Origin: an uncultured Lachnospiraceae bacterium
Lineage (GTDB): Bacteria > Bacillota > Clostridia > Oscillospirales > CAG-272
Assembly (NCBI GenBank): GCA_964631595.1
Contig: CAZVXL010000003.1
Coordinates: forward strand, 9,341 to 73,340
Reading direction: 5' to 3'
DNA: 64,000 nucleotides
Shown: piece after piece, positions 1 through 8,606 of the stretch
Numbering within the stretch: the first letter of the stretch is position 1
Layout of the letters: every line of letters begins with the position of its first letter
Position numbers and translations under genes: made by a program
Notes under the pieces: model-generated
Databases searched by the model: none
Told to the model about the DNA's origin: nothing
The model's input: the letters and a program-made list of their open reading frames with translations, nothing else

Positions 1-1230
1 CTCGGGCACGAATTTGATCTCACCGCTTCTGACGGCATCAATCGCGGGCTTTGCAAGCGGCTCCATGCGAACGAACCACTGCTTTGAGATCATCGGCTCG
101 ATCACGTGGTGACAGCGGTAGCAGGTACCGACATTATGCGTGAGCGGCTCTACCTCTTTGAGAAGTCCGGCTTTCTCAAGATCGGCAAGGATAGCCTTTC
201 TTGCCTCTGCCGCGGTCATTCCGGCGTATTTGCCGCAATCAAGCACCTCGGGCTCACCGACAGCGGCGGCTCCGCTGTTTATGAGCTTATCTGCGGCAGC
301 CTTATCCTCGGCGCCGGTCATTCTTCCGTCATAGGTGAATACACGTACCGTCGGAAGCGAATGACGCTGTCCGACCTCGTAGTCGTTCGGGTCGTGCGCG
401 GGAGTGATCTTTACGACGCCTGTACCCTTCGTCATATCGGCGTGCTCATCGCATACGATCGGTATTTCCTTATTGATAAGCGGCAGAATGACATGACAGC
501 CGTGAAGATGTGCATAACGCGGATCGTCCGCATTTATGGCAACGGCGGTATCTCCGAGCATTGTCTCCGGTCTTGTGGTGGCAAGCTCCAGCATCTCTCC
601 CGTTTCCTTTACGGGATAAAGGATATGATAGAAATTTCCGGCATGATCCTCGTATTCCACCTCGGCATCGGAAATGGAGGTCATACATGATGTACACCAG
701 TTGACCATACGGTTTCCGCGGTAGATCAGCCCCTTTTCGTAGAGCTTCATAAATACGGTTCTGACCGCATCGGAGCATCCCTCATCAAGAGTAAAGCGCT
801 CTCGCGACCAGTCGCAGGAGGAGCCGAGCTTTTTAAGCTGTTCAACTATCCTTCCGCCATACTGCTCCTTCCACGCCCATGCTCTCTCAAGGAAGCCGTC
901 TCTGCCGATGTCGTCCTTGGTGATGCCCTCTTTACGCATTGCCTCTACGATCTTTGCCTCGGTCGCAATGGAAGCATGATCTGTGCCGGGCAACCACAGT
1001 GTGCAGAAGCCGTCCATTCTCTTATAGCGGATAAGGATATCCTGAAGCGTATTGTCAAGCGCATGACCCATGTGGAGCTGACCGGTAATATTCGGAGGCG
1101 GGATCACTATGGTATAGCTCTCCTTTTTCGCATCCATGTTCGGAGAGAAGTATCCGTTTTTCTGCCAATCGGCATAGATCCGTTCCTCAAAATCCGAGGG
1201 GTCGTATGTCTTGGGTAATTCCTTTTTCAT
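1..1230 (-). CDS. valS: valyl-tRNA synthetase, N-terminal ~410 codons (gene continues beyond the left window edge)
   Basis: My translation of the minus strand from the ATG at 1228-1230 reads MKKELPKTYDPSDFEERIYADWQKNGYFSPNMDAKKESYTIVIPPPNITGQLHMGHALDNTLQDILIRYK. This is a class-I aaRS HIGH-type motif in a ValRS-typical context. The gene is absent from the ORF track because it is open at position 1. A T-box leader lies directly upstream. Confidence 0.85.
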   Translation of the reverse strand, partial: MKKELPKTYDPSDFEERIYADWQKNGYFSPNMDAKKESYTIVIPPPNITGQLHMGHALDNTLQDILIRYKRMDGFCTLWLPGTDHASIATEAKIVEAMRKEGITKDDIGRDGFLERAWAWKEQYGGRIVEQLKKLGSSCDWSRERFTLDEGCSDAVRTVFMKLYEKGLIYRGNRMVNWCTSCMTSISDAEVEYEDHAGNFYHILYPVKETGEMLELATTRPETMLGDTAVAINADDPRYAHLHGCHVILPLINKEIPIVCDEHADMTKGTGVVKITPAHDPNDYEVGQRHSLPTVRVFTYDGRMTGAEDKAAADKLINSGAAAVGEPEVLDCGKYAGMTAAEARKAILADLEKAGLLKEVEPLTHNVGTCYRCHHVIEPMISKQWFVRMEPLAKPAIDAVRSGEIKFVPE

Positions 1231-1254
1231 GTTTTTATCCTTTCTTTATTATTA

Positions 1255-1480
1255 CGAAAATAAAAAAGCCCCGCAAAATCAGGGTGCAAATGCACGGTAC
1301 CACCTGACTTCGCCCAAGGGCGCAGCTCTTAGCTCCTTAACGCGGAATACGGCAGATTCTCGGAGCAAAGCCCTTTTTTCTGCGGCTTTGGGATGACAAA
1401 GCCCGACACCTGCCGCGGCATTCCACCAATCGCCGCTCTCTGGAGACCGTTTTCCGAGCTTACTTCCCGTCATTGCTTTT
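1255..1480 (-). promoter_or_regulatory. T-box leader (tRNA-sensing transcription attenuator) of valS
   Basis: The minus-strand RNA contains AAUGACGGGAAGUA (GA-motif-like), CCAGAGAGC (AGAGA motif) and GAAGUCAGGUGGUACCGUG (T-box consensus; plus-strand cacggtaccacct at 1293-1305). A UCAGGUG/CACCCUGA hairpin and U-tracts (about 1255-1285) follow, just before the valS RBS. The element sits immediately 5-prime of an aaRS gene. Confidence 0.8.
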
Positions 1481-1662
1481 GGAATATTGAAATGTTTTTT
1501 CGATGCCGTGCATCACACAGCGGACGTGCGAAGCACGCAATATATTTCTTCGAAGCATATCACCGCGGCAATTATACCACCGTTTCCGACTCTTGTCAAG
1601 AACGAAACGATCTGTATTTTCTCGAAGCTCCCGCCCGAGCGACGGACAGGAGCTCCGATGGA

Positions 1663-2487
1663 TCACTCCTTACCGGAATTGCTTCCGTGTTCACCGTAAT
1701 TGCCGTAGGCTCCGTAGCTTCCGTATCCGCCGTAGCCGTATTTACCGTACGCACGCTTGCCGTAGCCGTATTTTTTGTAATACGAGCGGTAATTCTTGTA
1801 ATTATAGTAGCGGTTCGATCTATACTCCACATTATTGAGGACTGCGCCGAGGATACGGCATCCGCTCTTTTCAAGCTGTGCCTTTACATTCTTTGCGAGC
1901 TTTGCGCTTACCGAGTTTGCCGAGATGACCATTATAGCGCTGTCGCAAAGACGCGCGACAACGGCGGCATCTATAACGCTTCCGAGAGGCGGACAGTCGA
2001 TTATGATATAGTCAAAGGTGTTTTTCGCGTTTGTGATAAAATCCTTGAATTTAGGCTTGTTCAAAAGCTCAACGGGATTCGGCGGGAATACGCCGCTGAA
2101 TATGATATAGAAATTCGGGTACTGCGTCGCGTAGAGCACATCCTGAAGCACTGCCTGTCCGGAGAGGAACTGGCTGAGTCCCTCCACGCCGGATATATCG
2201 GCATATTTGCTCGCAAACATTGATTTACGGAGATCCCCGTCTATAAGCAGAACCTTCTTTCCGAGCTCCGCAAGGCTTTTTCCGAGCTCAAGCGAAATGG
2301 TGCTCTTTCCCTCATTCGGCATACAGCTTGTTACGGCGATAACACGCACGTCGTCTCCGCAGAACTGAAGATTCGTGCGGAAGGTCTTGTATGCCTCCTT
2401 CATGAAGTAATCGTTCTTAATGAAGGACTTCAGATTCACACTCTTAGTTGAAGCCCTGCCTCCGTTTTTGAGTTCTTCTTCCATCAC
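1663..2487 (-). CDS. Firmicutes-type cytoplasmic tyrosine-protein kinase (BY-kinase, CpsD/YwqD-like)
   Basis: Motifs present are Walker A SCMPNEGKST, Walker A-prime LLIDGDLRKS and Walker B IIIDCPP. The C-terminus has a tyrosine cluster, YYNYKNYRSYYKKYGYGKRAYGKYGYGGYGSYGAYGNYG. The first codon is GTG at 2487 and an ATG follows at 2484. Confidence 0.85.
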   Translation of the reverse strand: MMEEELKNGGRASTKSVNLKSFIKNDYFMKEAYKTFRTNLQFCGDDVRVIAVTSCMPNEGKSTISLELGKSLAELGKKVLLIDGDLRKSMFASKYADISGVEGLSQFLSGQAVLQDVLYATQYPNFYIIFSGVFPPNPVELLNKPKFKDFITNAKNTFDYIIIDCPPLGSVIDAAVVARLCDSAIMVISANSVSAKLAKNVKAQLEKSGCRILGAVLNNVEYRSNRYYNYKNYRSYYKKYGYGKRAYGKYGYGGYGSYGAYGNYGEHGSNSGKE

Positions 2488-2671
2488 CCTGATCCTTTCC
2501 GATCACGCCGAGGCGCGGCTTTATCCGCAACGCCTCTCCGACATTTCGCCGCGCACTGCCGTACACAGCAAAAGCTTTCGATTGAAAATCCGTACAATTT
2601 CCGATGTTATATGCGACTCATCAAAGCCCGACAGACCGACGATCGACCTGTCCCGCGCGACCGCCGCGCGG

Positions 2672-3385
2672 CTACTGTCCGAGAATAGACAACGGAGTCC
2701 TGACAAAAAGCTTTATTGCGACATCCTCCCCGAATTTTCGGCATACGGCGTTGTACGCCTCGGCAAGGCACGGCGGCTTATCTGTCACATCGTGGCAGTC
2801 ATCCGCTATCACATCGACCAAGCCCTTCTTTATGAGGTGCAGGACATAGTGCTTCTCGAAAAAGCCGTACTTTCCCATTACGGCGGCGGCGTTCACCTGA
2901 ATACCCGCGCCGAGCGCTCTCAGCTTTTTGATGAGCTCCGGCTTTGCGGTGATCGCGCTGTATCTTTCGATATGAGCTATAAGCGGTATGAATCCGCTTG
3001 CAAGCAGGCGCGATGCTCCTCCGATGATCTCGTTTCCGTCTGCATACGGATCAAATTCCAGAAGGACATTTCGGGTCTTATTCAGAGTAAGGCATTTTCC
3101 ATTGATAAGATCTGCAACGGAATCATGACAGCAGTACAGCTCCTGCCCGAGAAAAAGCGTCATATCCGGATACTTCTCCCTCGCATACCGAACAGCCCGT
3201 TCGTAGCTGTCGGCAATTCTTTCGGGTACGGAGTGAAAATACCGCGGATTATGGTGCGGTGTCATGCAGACGGTCCTGACTCCGCTCCTGTAGGAGATAT
3301 CAAGCATCCGTTGCATCATTTTCTCGTCAGCAGCTCCGTCATCCACTCCGTACAGCATATGGCAGTGAATATTAACGAGCTTCAT
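2672..3385 (-). CDS. PHP-family protein-tyrosine phosphatase (CpsB/YwqE-like)
   Basis: The sequence MKLVNIHCHMLYGVDDGA...CMTPHH shows the histidine-rich PHP motifs. The track ORF extends to 3436. The ATG at 3385 (M18) has an AGAGGT RBS and lies downstream of the predicted promoter at 3453-3481. Confidence 0.8.
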   Translation of the reverse strand: MKLVNIHCHMLYGVDDGAADEKMMQRMLDISYRSGVRTVCMTPHHNPRYFHSVPERIADSYERAVRYAREKYPDMTLFLGQELYCCHDSVADLINGKCLTLNKTRNVLLEFDPYADGNEIIGGASRLLASGFIPLIAHIERYSAITAKPELIKKLRALGAGIQVNAAAVMGKYGFFEKHYVLHLIKKGLVDVIADDCHDVTDKPPCLAEAYNAVCRKFGEDVAIKLFVRTPLSILGQ

Positions 3386-3452
3386 AAAGCCACATACCTC
3401 TGTATTAGAATGTCTGATAAGCCAAAACATGAACACTTGTACGCGTGATTTT

Positions 3453-3481
3453 ATTATATCACACTATTTTCCGCAAGTCAA
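3453..3481 (-). promoter_or_regulatory. sigma-A-type promoter for the phosphatase/kinase pair
   Basis: The minus strand reads TTGACT - 17 nt - TATAAT with TGn immediately upstream (ttgacttgcggaaaatagtgtgatataat). Confidence 0.5.
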
Positions 3482-3591
3482 GAATTTATAGATTCCCTCT
3501 CAAAAAATCGGCGCGATACCGGCGAGAGAGATTGGGGGAAATAAAGGTCAAATCCGCTCATGCGAATACGTACTTTAACACGGCAAACAGA

Positions 3592-4173
3592 TTATTTCAC
3601 TTGTTTTTTTCTCATGACAAATCTTTTGATAAACAAAATCACGCCCAACGGCCAAAAGATGAAAAATGCCAGAATAATCATCGGCCATGAATACAAAATG
3701 CGTATTTTTCCATTTTTACGGAATTTTTCCTCATCAATAGATCTTGTATCTCCCACAAAAGGCACAGCTTCATAACTTCCCAGTATCGCCTTTATCTCTT
3801 TGATCATCTTTTCTGCGGCAAGAGCTTTGTTTTCGTATGCTGTATACCGCTGAACATTTGTAAGATAAAAGTCAAAATCATCCCTTAATGCACAGTTTTC
3901 AAGCATAAACGGCAGTATTATTTTTCTTTGAGTGATTGCCATATCCACTTCCTTGGAAACCCATTGCGATGATTGAGCCTTTGCGGACAATATGAGCACA
4001 AAAACCTTTGCCTGTTTTATCGCCCGCGGTATTTCCACTGCATAGCTCGAACCTCCCGGTATACACGCCGGTGCCATCCAACACGATATTCCATTATTTT
4101 CAAGAACGGATCTCACCCAGTTTGCTTCCTCTATTTCTTCAGCTTTATAACTGATAAAAACATCTCTATTCAT
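3592..4173 (-). CDS. TIR-domain protein with C-terminal transmembrane helix
   Basis: The N-terminus reads DVFISYKAEE...ISCWMAP...VFVLILSAKAQSSQWVSKEVDMA, a TIR-like layout with the conserved Glu retained. The C-terminus has a hydrophobic helix, ILYSWPMIILAFFIFWPLGVILFI. The start overlaps the upstream stop by 8 nt (4166-4173). Confidence 0.75.
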   Translation of the reverse strand: MNRDVFISYKAEEIEEANWVRSVLENNGISCWMAPACIPGGSSYAVEIPRAIKQAKVFVLILSAKAQSSQWVSKEVDMAITQRKIILPFMLENCALRDDFDFYLTNVQRYTAYENKALAAEKMIKEIKAILGSYEAVPFVGDTRSIDEEKFRKNGKIRILYSWPMIILAFFIFWPLGVILFIKRFVMRKKQVK

Positions 4174-7135
4174 AAGCCGTTTCCCCTGTATTTAATAATT
4201 CAAAAGCATATTTAAAATCCGAGTTACAGTCTATCAGCCTTTCAAACAACTGATAGCCTATATCCGTCTTAAGACTTGCCTTTTCGTTGATCCACATTTT
4301 CACCTGTTCTTTAGAAAACTTCTCCGGCGATTTGCAGCAATACTCGCAAAACGTGTATACTGTTTGCACAAGATTAATATCTCTTGCTATTCGTGCATTC
4401 GTATTTGTGCCGTTATAATAACCGGTCCAAATATTATAATAATAAGTCAAATTAGCAATATTCGGATAAGTTCCCTTTAAGAAAAGCTTTCTTAAAACAT
4501 CATTTTGTTCTCTAAGCTCTTTTTGAGGTTCGATCAAGCTGGTCGTCTGATCTCCTATTGATGCTTCAGCCATATCATGTACCAAAAGCATATCCAGTAT
4601 TTCTTTCTTACAATAGCCTTCCATACTGTGCTCTTCCGGCAAGAAAAACATTGCCACTAGCCAAGCGCTGTACGAATGTTCCGCTATGCTCTCCGGATCT
4701 TCAACACCGAACCTCAGCCATTGTTGCCGTTTTATTTGTTTGAGATCTCTGTATTGATTGTATATCCTTGTAGAAACATCAAACGCTTTATCTTTCAGAT
4801 AAAGATTCAGATCTTCCTCAACACTTCTGAAATAATACAACAACTTGCCCGAAACAATATTTTGCGGTCTTGTTTGATAAACCCTCAAATACTCAAGAGC
4901 TTTGTTAACGTAATAAGATATATTAAACCTCACCGCACATTTTTTATCTTGAATTCTCGCTTGCAGCAAGGTCAGCATACTGACAAGGTTATTTTCAACA
5001 AACTTACCGGTATTATTATACAGGCCGACCTCTATTCGACTATTCAATATCTTTATAGCTTGTTCTCCCGCAGATAGATCTGTATCAAAGTAGTAAGCAT
5101 CGTGTGCCGCCATTTGATAATCATCGCCAAAGTATTCGATTGTTGCGCCACGATTGATAGCATTTGCGACATCATTGGCTACAACAACAGACAGATACTC
5201 ATCCATCATATTAGCCTGACCTTGAAAAAGCAATCCTGTACATATTGCTCTAAACAAAAAATGATTATCGCAATTTTCTTGATTGAACTTATTGTTAGTC
5301 TTAACAAGGGGCTTATATTTAGCAAATTCCCGAGCCAGCATATCGATCGCTTCATTAGCAAGATTACTGAACGATATACGTCCCAACCAATATACCGCAT
5401 TGCTTTTTTGTCGAATATCAAAAGCCTCGTAATTGTCCTTAATAAAGCTCAAAAACATCTCTTGCAGCTCATAGTTATCTTTAAGAAACGATACCAGAAA
5501 ATGATTGGCTGTTGCCGTAAGCATTGTTCCGAAAAAGCTATGCTCATCAAACTTATGATAATTCTTGATCCTATAGACAAAATAGTAGGCTATCAAAAAC
5601 TCAAGATATGTATTGTGTTTATGAGGCAAAGACCACATTGCCCCATTATATTCAATACTGTTCCCGACGCCGGATTGAATAAACACGTAATTATATAACT
5701 CTTGCGAAATTTCAACAAGCTTGTCCTCATCACCATATGTTTCCGACAGCGCCAATTTCTCATACACATCAGTTAGAATCAGATCGGACATACTGTATGA
5801 AGAAAGCATTTCCTTCGCAATAAGTCTCACAATAAATATATCTATCATCGGAAATTTCAGTGCCTTTATACAATTATACACTTCTTCCGCATTCAAATCG
5901 TAATCGTATATTTTAATAACACTCTCGATTATCGCAATAGCAGATGCTTTAGCCTCGATTGGAACCTGATTCAAAACAAATATGTATCCTTTTCCATCGC
6001 CCAGTATCGGAATAACTCGCTTTAACTTAGAACGGTTTTTAATCAGTCCTTTGTCAACAGTGCAAACTCTATTAAATTTGGGAAGGCCTTTCCATAAACT
6101 CAAAACAATACTTTCGGGAGAAATTTTGGAAACATTATGCTCTCGAATCGCCTCGATAAACAGAACCGGTTTTACATCATGGTTGTCATTTACATACCCA
6201 AAAAATTCACAGAACTCCTTCTGTAAAATTTCGGTCATCTGCTCTTGAACATTATTACTGTTATAGGGCAGCTTTTCATAATAACTAGCCGACACATAAA
6301 ACGGTAATGCATTTGATACACCGGATTTGAAGTTTTGCAGCATTTTATAAAACGCAAGCTGGAGGATCATATTTTTAGCACTGCCGGGCAACCCATGCAC
6401 TTGAACACTTGAATCTGCGGCAGAAGACATTTCCTCTACAAGAATCTTAACACAGTCCGCGCCCGAATCAAGTGTTTCTTTATGTTTGTATATAGATACA
6501 GTTTCCTTGAATAATCTTTGAGCATTTGAAAGAACAAATTCAAATCCCTCATCATCCCGTACCTTATCATACAAATTATATGGATATTTTTTGCTCTTTT
6601 CGATAATAATACTTACTATTTCATCGCGCGAAAAATCAAATTTCCGAACACGGTCGGCAGGCGCAGAGGGCTCATGAATTTCCGGTTGCAATACAGTTGA
6701 AGAAATTTCGGATACAGTGATAGGTTTCTCTTTATCAGCAAAAGATCTAATCGTATCGACCAAAGTATTTAAGCCATTATTGATATCATTGTAAGCTTCT
6801 ATCCAATGCTTTCTGCCGAGAAAATAGAGATATTCATCCGTAAACACAAAATCTTGAATTTTAAACGGAATAATGATTTTTTTATTATCAAATGCAATGC
6901 TCACTTCATTGCTGACATGGCCGGAATTATTTGTATTTTCCGAAGCCAAAAGAACCAATAAATCACATTTTTTAATTGCATTAACGATCTGTGTCGCATA
7001 GTTACTGCCGGCTTCCACATTTCTGGGTGCTATCCAACATTTGAAACCATTACTTTCCAAATACTCACAGACTTTTAATGCGACATCTAATTCTTTGGAA
7101 GAATAACTTATAAAAACATGATTCATTACATTCAT
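4166..7135 (-). CDS. TIR / degenerate P-loop NTPase-like (STAND/NACHT-like, tentative) / YfbR-type HD-domain fusion protein, 989 aa
   Basis: The N-terminal TIR reads HVFISYSSKE...FKCWIAPRNV...LLVLLASENTNNSGHVSNEVSIA. A Walker-A-like VHGLPGSAKN lies at nt 6371-6394 and a Walker-B-like PVLFIEAI follows it. The middle region is long and looks helical. The C-terminal HD motifs are ESIAEHSYSAWLVA and LLVHDMAEASIGD (HD codons at 4574-4579), matching the H...HDxxE..GD pattern of 5-prime-deoxynucleotidase-type HD domains. An AGGTGA RBS precedes the ATG at 7135. Confidence 0.7.
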   Translation of the reverse strand: MNVMNHVFISYSSKELDVALKVCEYLESNGFKCWIAPRNVEAGSNYATQIVNAIKKCDLLVLLASENTNNSGHVSNEVSIAFDNKKIIIPFKIQDFVFTDEYLYFLGRKHWIEAYNDINNGLNTLVDTIRSFADKEKPITVSEISSTVLQPEIHEPSAPADRVRKFDFSRDEIVSIIIEKSKKYPYNLYDKVRDDEGFEFVLSNAQRLFKETVSIYKHKETLDSGADCVKILVEEMSSAADSSVQVHGLPGSAKNMILQLAFYKMLQNFKSGVSNALPFYVSASYYEKLPYNSNNVQEQMTEILQKEFCEFFGYVNDNHDVKPVLFIEAIREHNVSKISPESIVLSLWKGLPKFNRVCTVDKGLIKNRSKLKRVIPILGDGKGYIFVLNQVPIEAKASAIAIIESVIKIYDYDLNAEEVYNCIKALKFPMIDIFIVRLIAKEMLSSYSMSDLILTDVYEKLALSETYGDEDKLVEISQELYNYVFIQSGVGNSIEYNGAMWSLPHKHNTYLEFLIAYYFVYRIKNYHKFDEHSFFGTMLTATANHFLVSFLKDNYELQEMFLSFIKDNYEAFDIRQKSNAVYWLGRISFSNLANEAIDMLAREFAKYKPLVKTNNKFNQENCDNHFLFRAICTGLLFQGQANMMDEYLSVVVANDVANAINRGATIEYFGDDYQMAAHDAYYFDTDLSAGEQAIKILNSRIEVGLYNNTGKFVENNLVSMLTLLQARIQDKKCAVRFNISYYVNKALEYLRVYQTRPQNIVSGKLLYYFRSVEEDLNLYLKDKAFDVSTRIYNQYRDLKQIKRQQWLRFGVEDPESIAEHSYSAWLVAMFFLPEEHSMEGYCKKEILDMLLVHDMAEASIGDQTTSLIEPQKELREQNDVLRKLFLKGTYPNIANLTYYYNIWTGYYNGTNTNARIARDINLVQTVYTFCEYCCKSPEKFSKEQVKMWINEKASLKTDIGYQLFERLIDCNSDFKYAFELLNTGETAYE

Positions 7136-7143
7136 TTTTTCAC

Positions 7144-8025
7144 CTAATTGTTTATCAAAGTTTTTTCATTCTCACTTGTATTTGCCATTGCCAAATACGG
7201 GTATTTTTTCAGTATCATAGCGGCGGAATATGTCGTATCTTCCATATCATGTTTTGACATATTCTTAATTCGCTTGAAACAATATATATAGAGAAAAACA
7301 ACAAATGCACAAAGAACACCTGTCGCTACCGTTGTTTCGATTGCGCAGCAATAATCATACAAGCCATGAGCTAATACCGGTATCAATAAACTCAGTAAAA
7401 AATAAGTTTTACCGGAAAACTCCACAGCATCTTTACTCACAATTCCCGCTTGTTTCAAAGCCCGTTCCTGTTGCTTTGCTTTCTCATATATGTGCCAAAA
7501 GCTATAATAATACCCCATTAAAACAGCAAAGAACATATGTCCGGGCACAGACATCACTGCGCGCATTAATGCGTTTATCCAGCCGTTTTCCAAAACATAA
7601 AATACATTTTCCAATGCAGCAAAACCAAGTGAAACGAAAACCGCGTATATCAATCCGTCAAACAAGCTGTTAAAGTTTCTGTTTTTTCGAGTGACAAAAA
7701 ACAGGACAAGAAACTTCACCCCCTCCTCAACCAAAGCAACACCAATAAAATACTTACATGCAGTATATACCTTGTAAGTATTTCCGACAAGGTAAAGTCC
7801 ATCCTCGTATTCTACAGCAAACGGGGTAAAAGCTCTGTGAATCAAGTCAAAAAGCACTGACTCGATTTCGGCAGCCGGAAGACAGATCATTGCTCCCAAA
7901 AGAAGAAGACACACTAACAGTCCGATCGGCTCTTTCTCAACACGATCTTTTTTAAAAACGTATATACATAATGTGAAAGCGGGAAACAATGCAGCACAAA
8001 TCAACAGTATTTCATTCAATCCCAT
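7144..8025 (-). CDS. PrsW-family intramembrane metalloprotease
   Basis: The protein is polytopic. It carries the PrsW signature motifs ALVEEGVKF (nt 7711-7737) and AHGLYDY (about nt 7351-7371). A GAGGAG RBS precedes the start. Confidence 0.75.
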   Translation of the reverse strand: MGLNEILLICAALFPAFTLCIYVFKKDRVEKEPIGLLVCLLLLGAMICLPAAEIESVLFDLIHRAFTPFAVEYEDGLYLVGNTYKVYTACKYFIGVALVEEGVKFLVLFFVTRKNRNFNSLFDGLIYAVFVSLGFAALENVFYVLENGWINALMRAVMSVPGHMFFAVLMGYYYSFWHIYEKAKQQERALKQAGIVSKDAVEFSGKTYFLLSLLIPVLAHGLYDYCCAIETTVATGVLCAFVVFLYIYCFKRIKNMSKHDMEDTTYSAAMILKKYPYLAMANTSENEKTLINN

Positions 8026-8041
8026 TACACATCTCCTCGTA

Positions 8042-8605
8042 TTATAACAGTTTAATTAAAAACATAAATCCGGTAAGTATGATCAAAAAAGCGAAATTAA
8101 ACAATGAAAACATTCCGATATAGTATCCTGTTTTATCGGGATTATGCTTTACGTACTCACGGAACGTGATCAAGCTTGCCAGAGAAGAAATAAGTGTACC
8201 TACTCCTCCTATATTAACACCGACAAGTAGATCCGCATAATTATTTGTAAACTGAGACAACAGTATTGCGGACGGAACATTACTGATACACTGACAAGAC
8301 AAAACGCTAAACAACAAGGTGCTCTTATTCAAAAGAGTTGAAAACAGATTTTGGACTGCATCTATCCGCGCCATGTTACCGGCGAAGATAAAGAAGAACA
8401 CAAATGTAAACAGCAATCCGTAATCAACCATCTTTAAGGCTTTTCTATCAGCGAAAACAAGAACCGCCGGAATGACTATCAAACCTATCAAGTAAGGAAT
8501 CCCGCGAAAAACGATCAAAATCGACAGTGCAAACAATATCAAATACAAGACTGTTTTCTTCGGGTCTAATACTATCTTTTCATCGGACAGTTTTAACGGC
8601 TCCGA
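8042..8605 (-). pseudogene. 5-prime-truncated remnant of an ArsB/NhaD-superfamily anion permease (C-terminal half only)
   Basis: The sequence ...MVDYGLLFTFVFFFIFAGNM...CISNVPSAILLSQF...GVNIGGVGTLISSLASLITF resembles the C-terminal repeat of ArsB/NhaD/CitMHS-type permeases. Only about 190 aa of homology are present, against roughly 400 aa expected. The first 43 codons of track ORF 8042..8734 merely read through the 3-prime end of the TIR gene in another frame. Confidence 0.55.
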
Positions 8606-8606
8606 C

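Noticed and set aside
1393-2223. 276-aa plus-strand ORF spanning the T-box leader and the BY-kinase gene
   Set aside because: It overlaps the well-supported minus-strand kinase gene and the valS leader. It has no motifs, so it is treated as a shadow ORF.
3482-3591. Terminator after the last island gene
   Set aside because: Partial complementarity (ccctctc ... gagagag) with an A/T run exists, but the stem is imperfect and I could not define a convincing hairpin.
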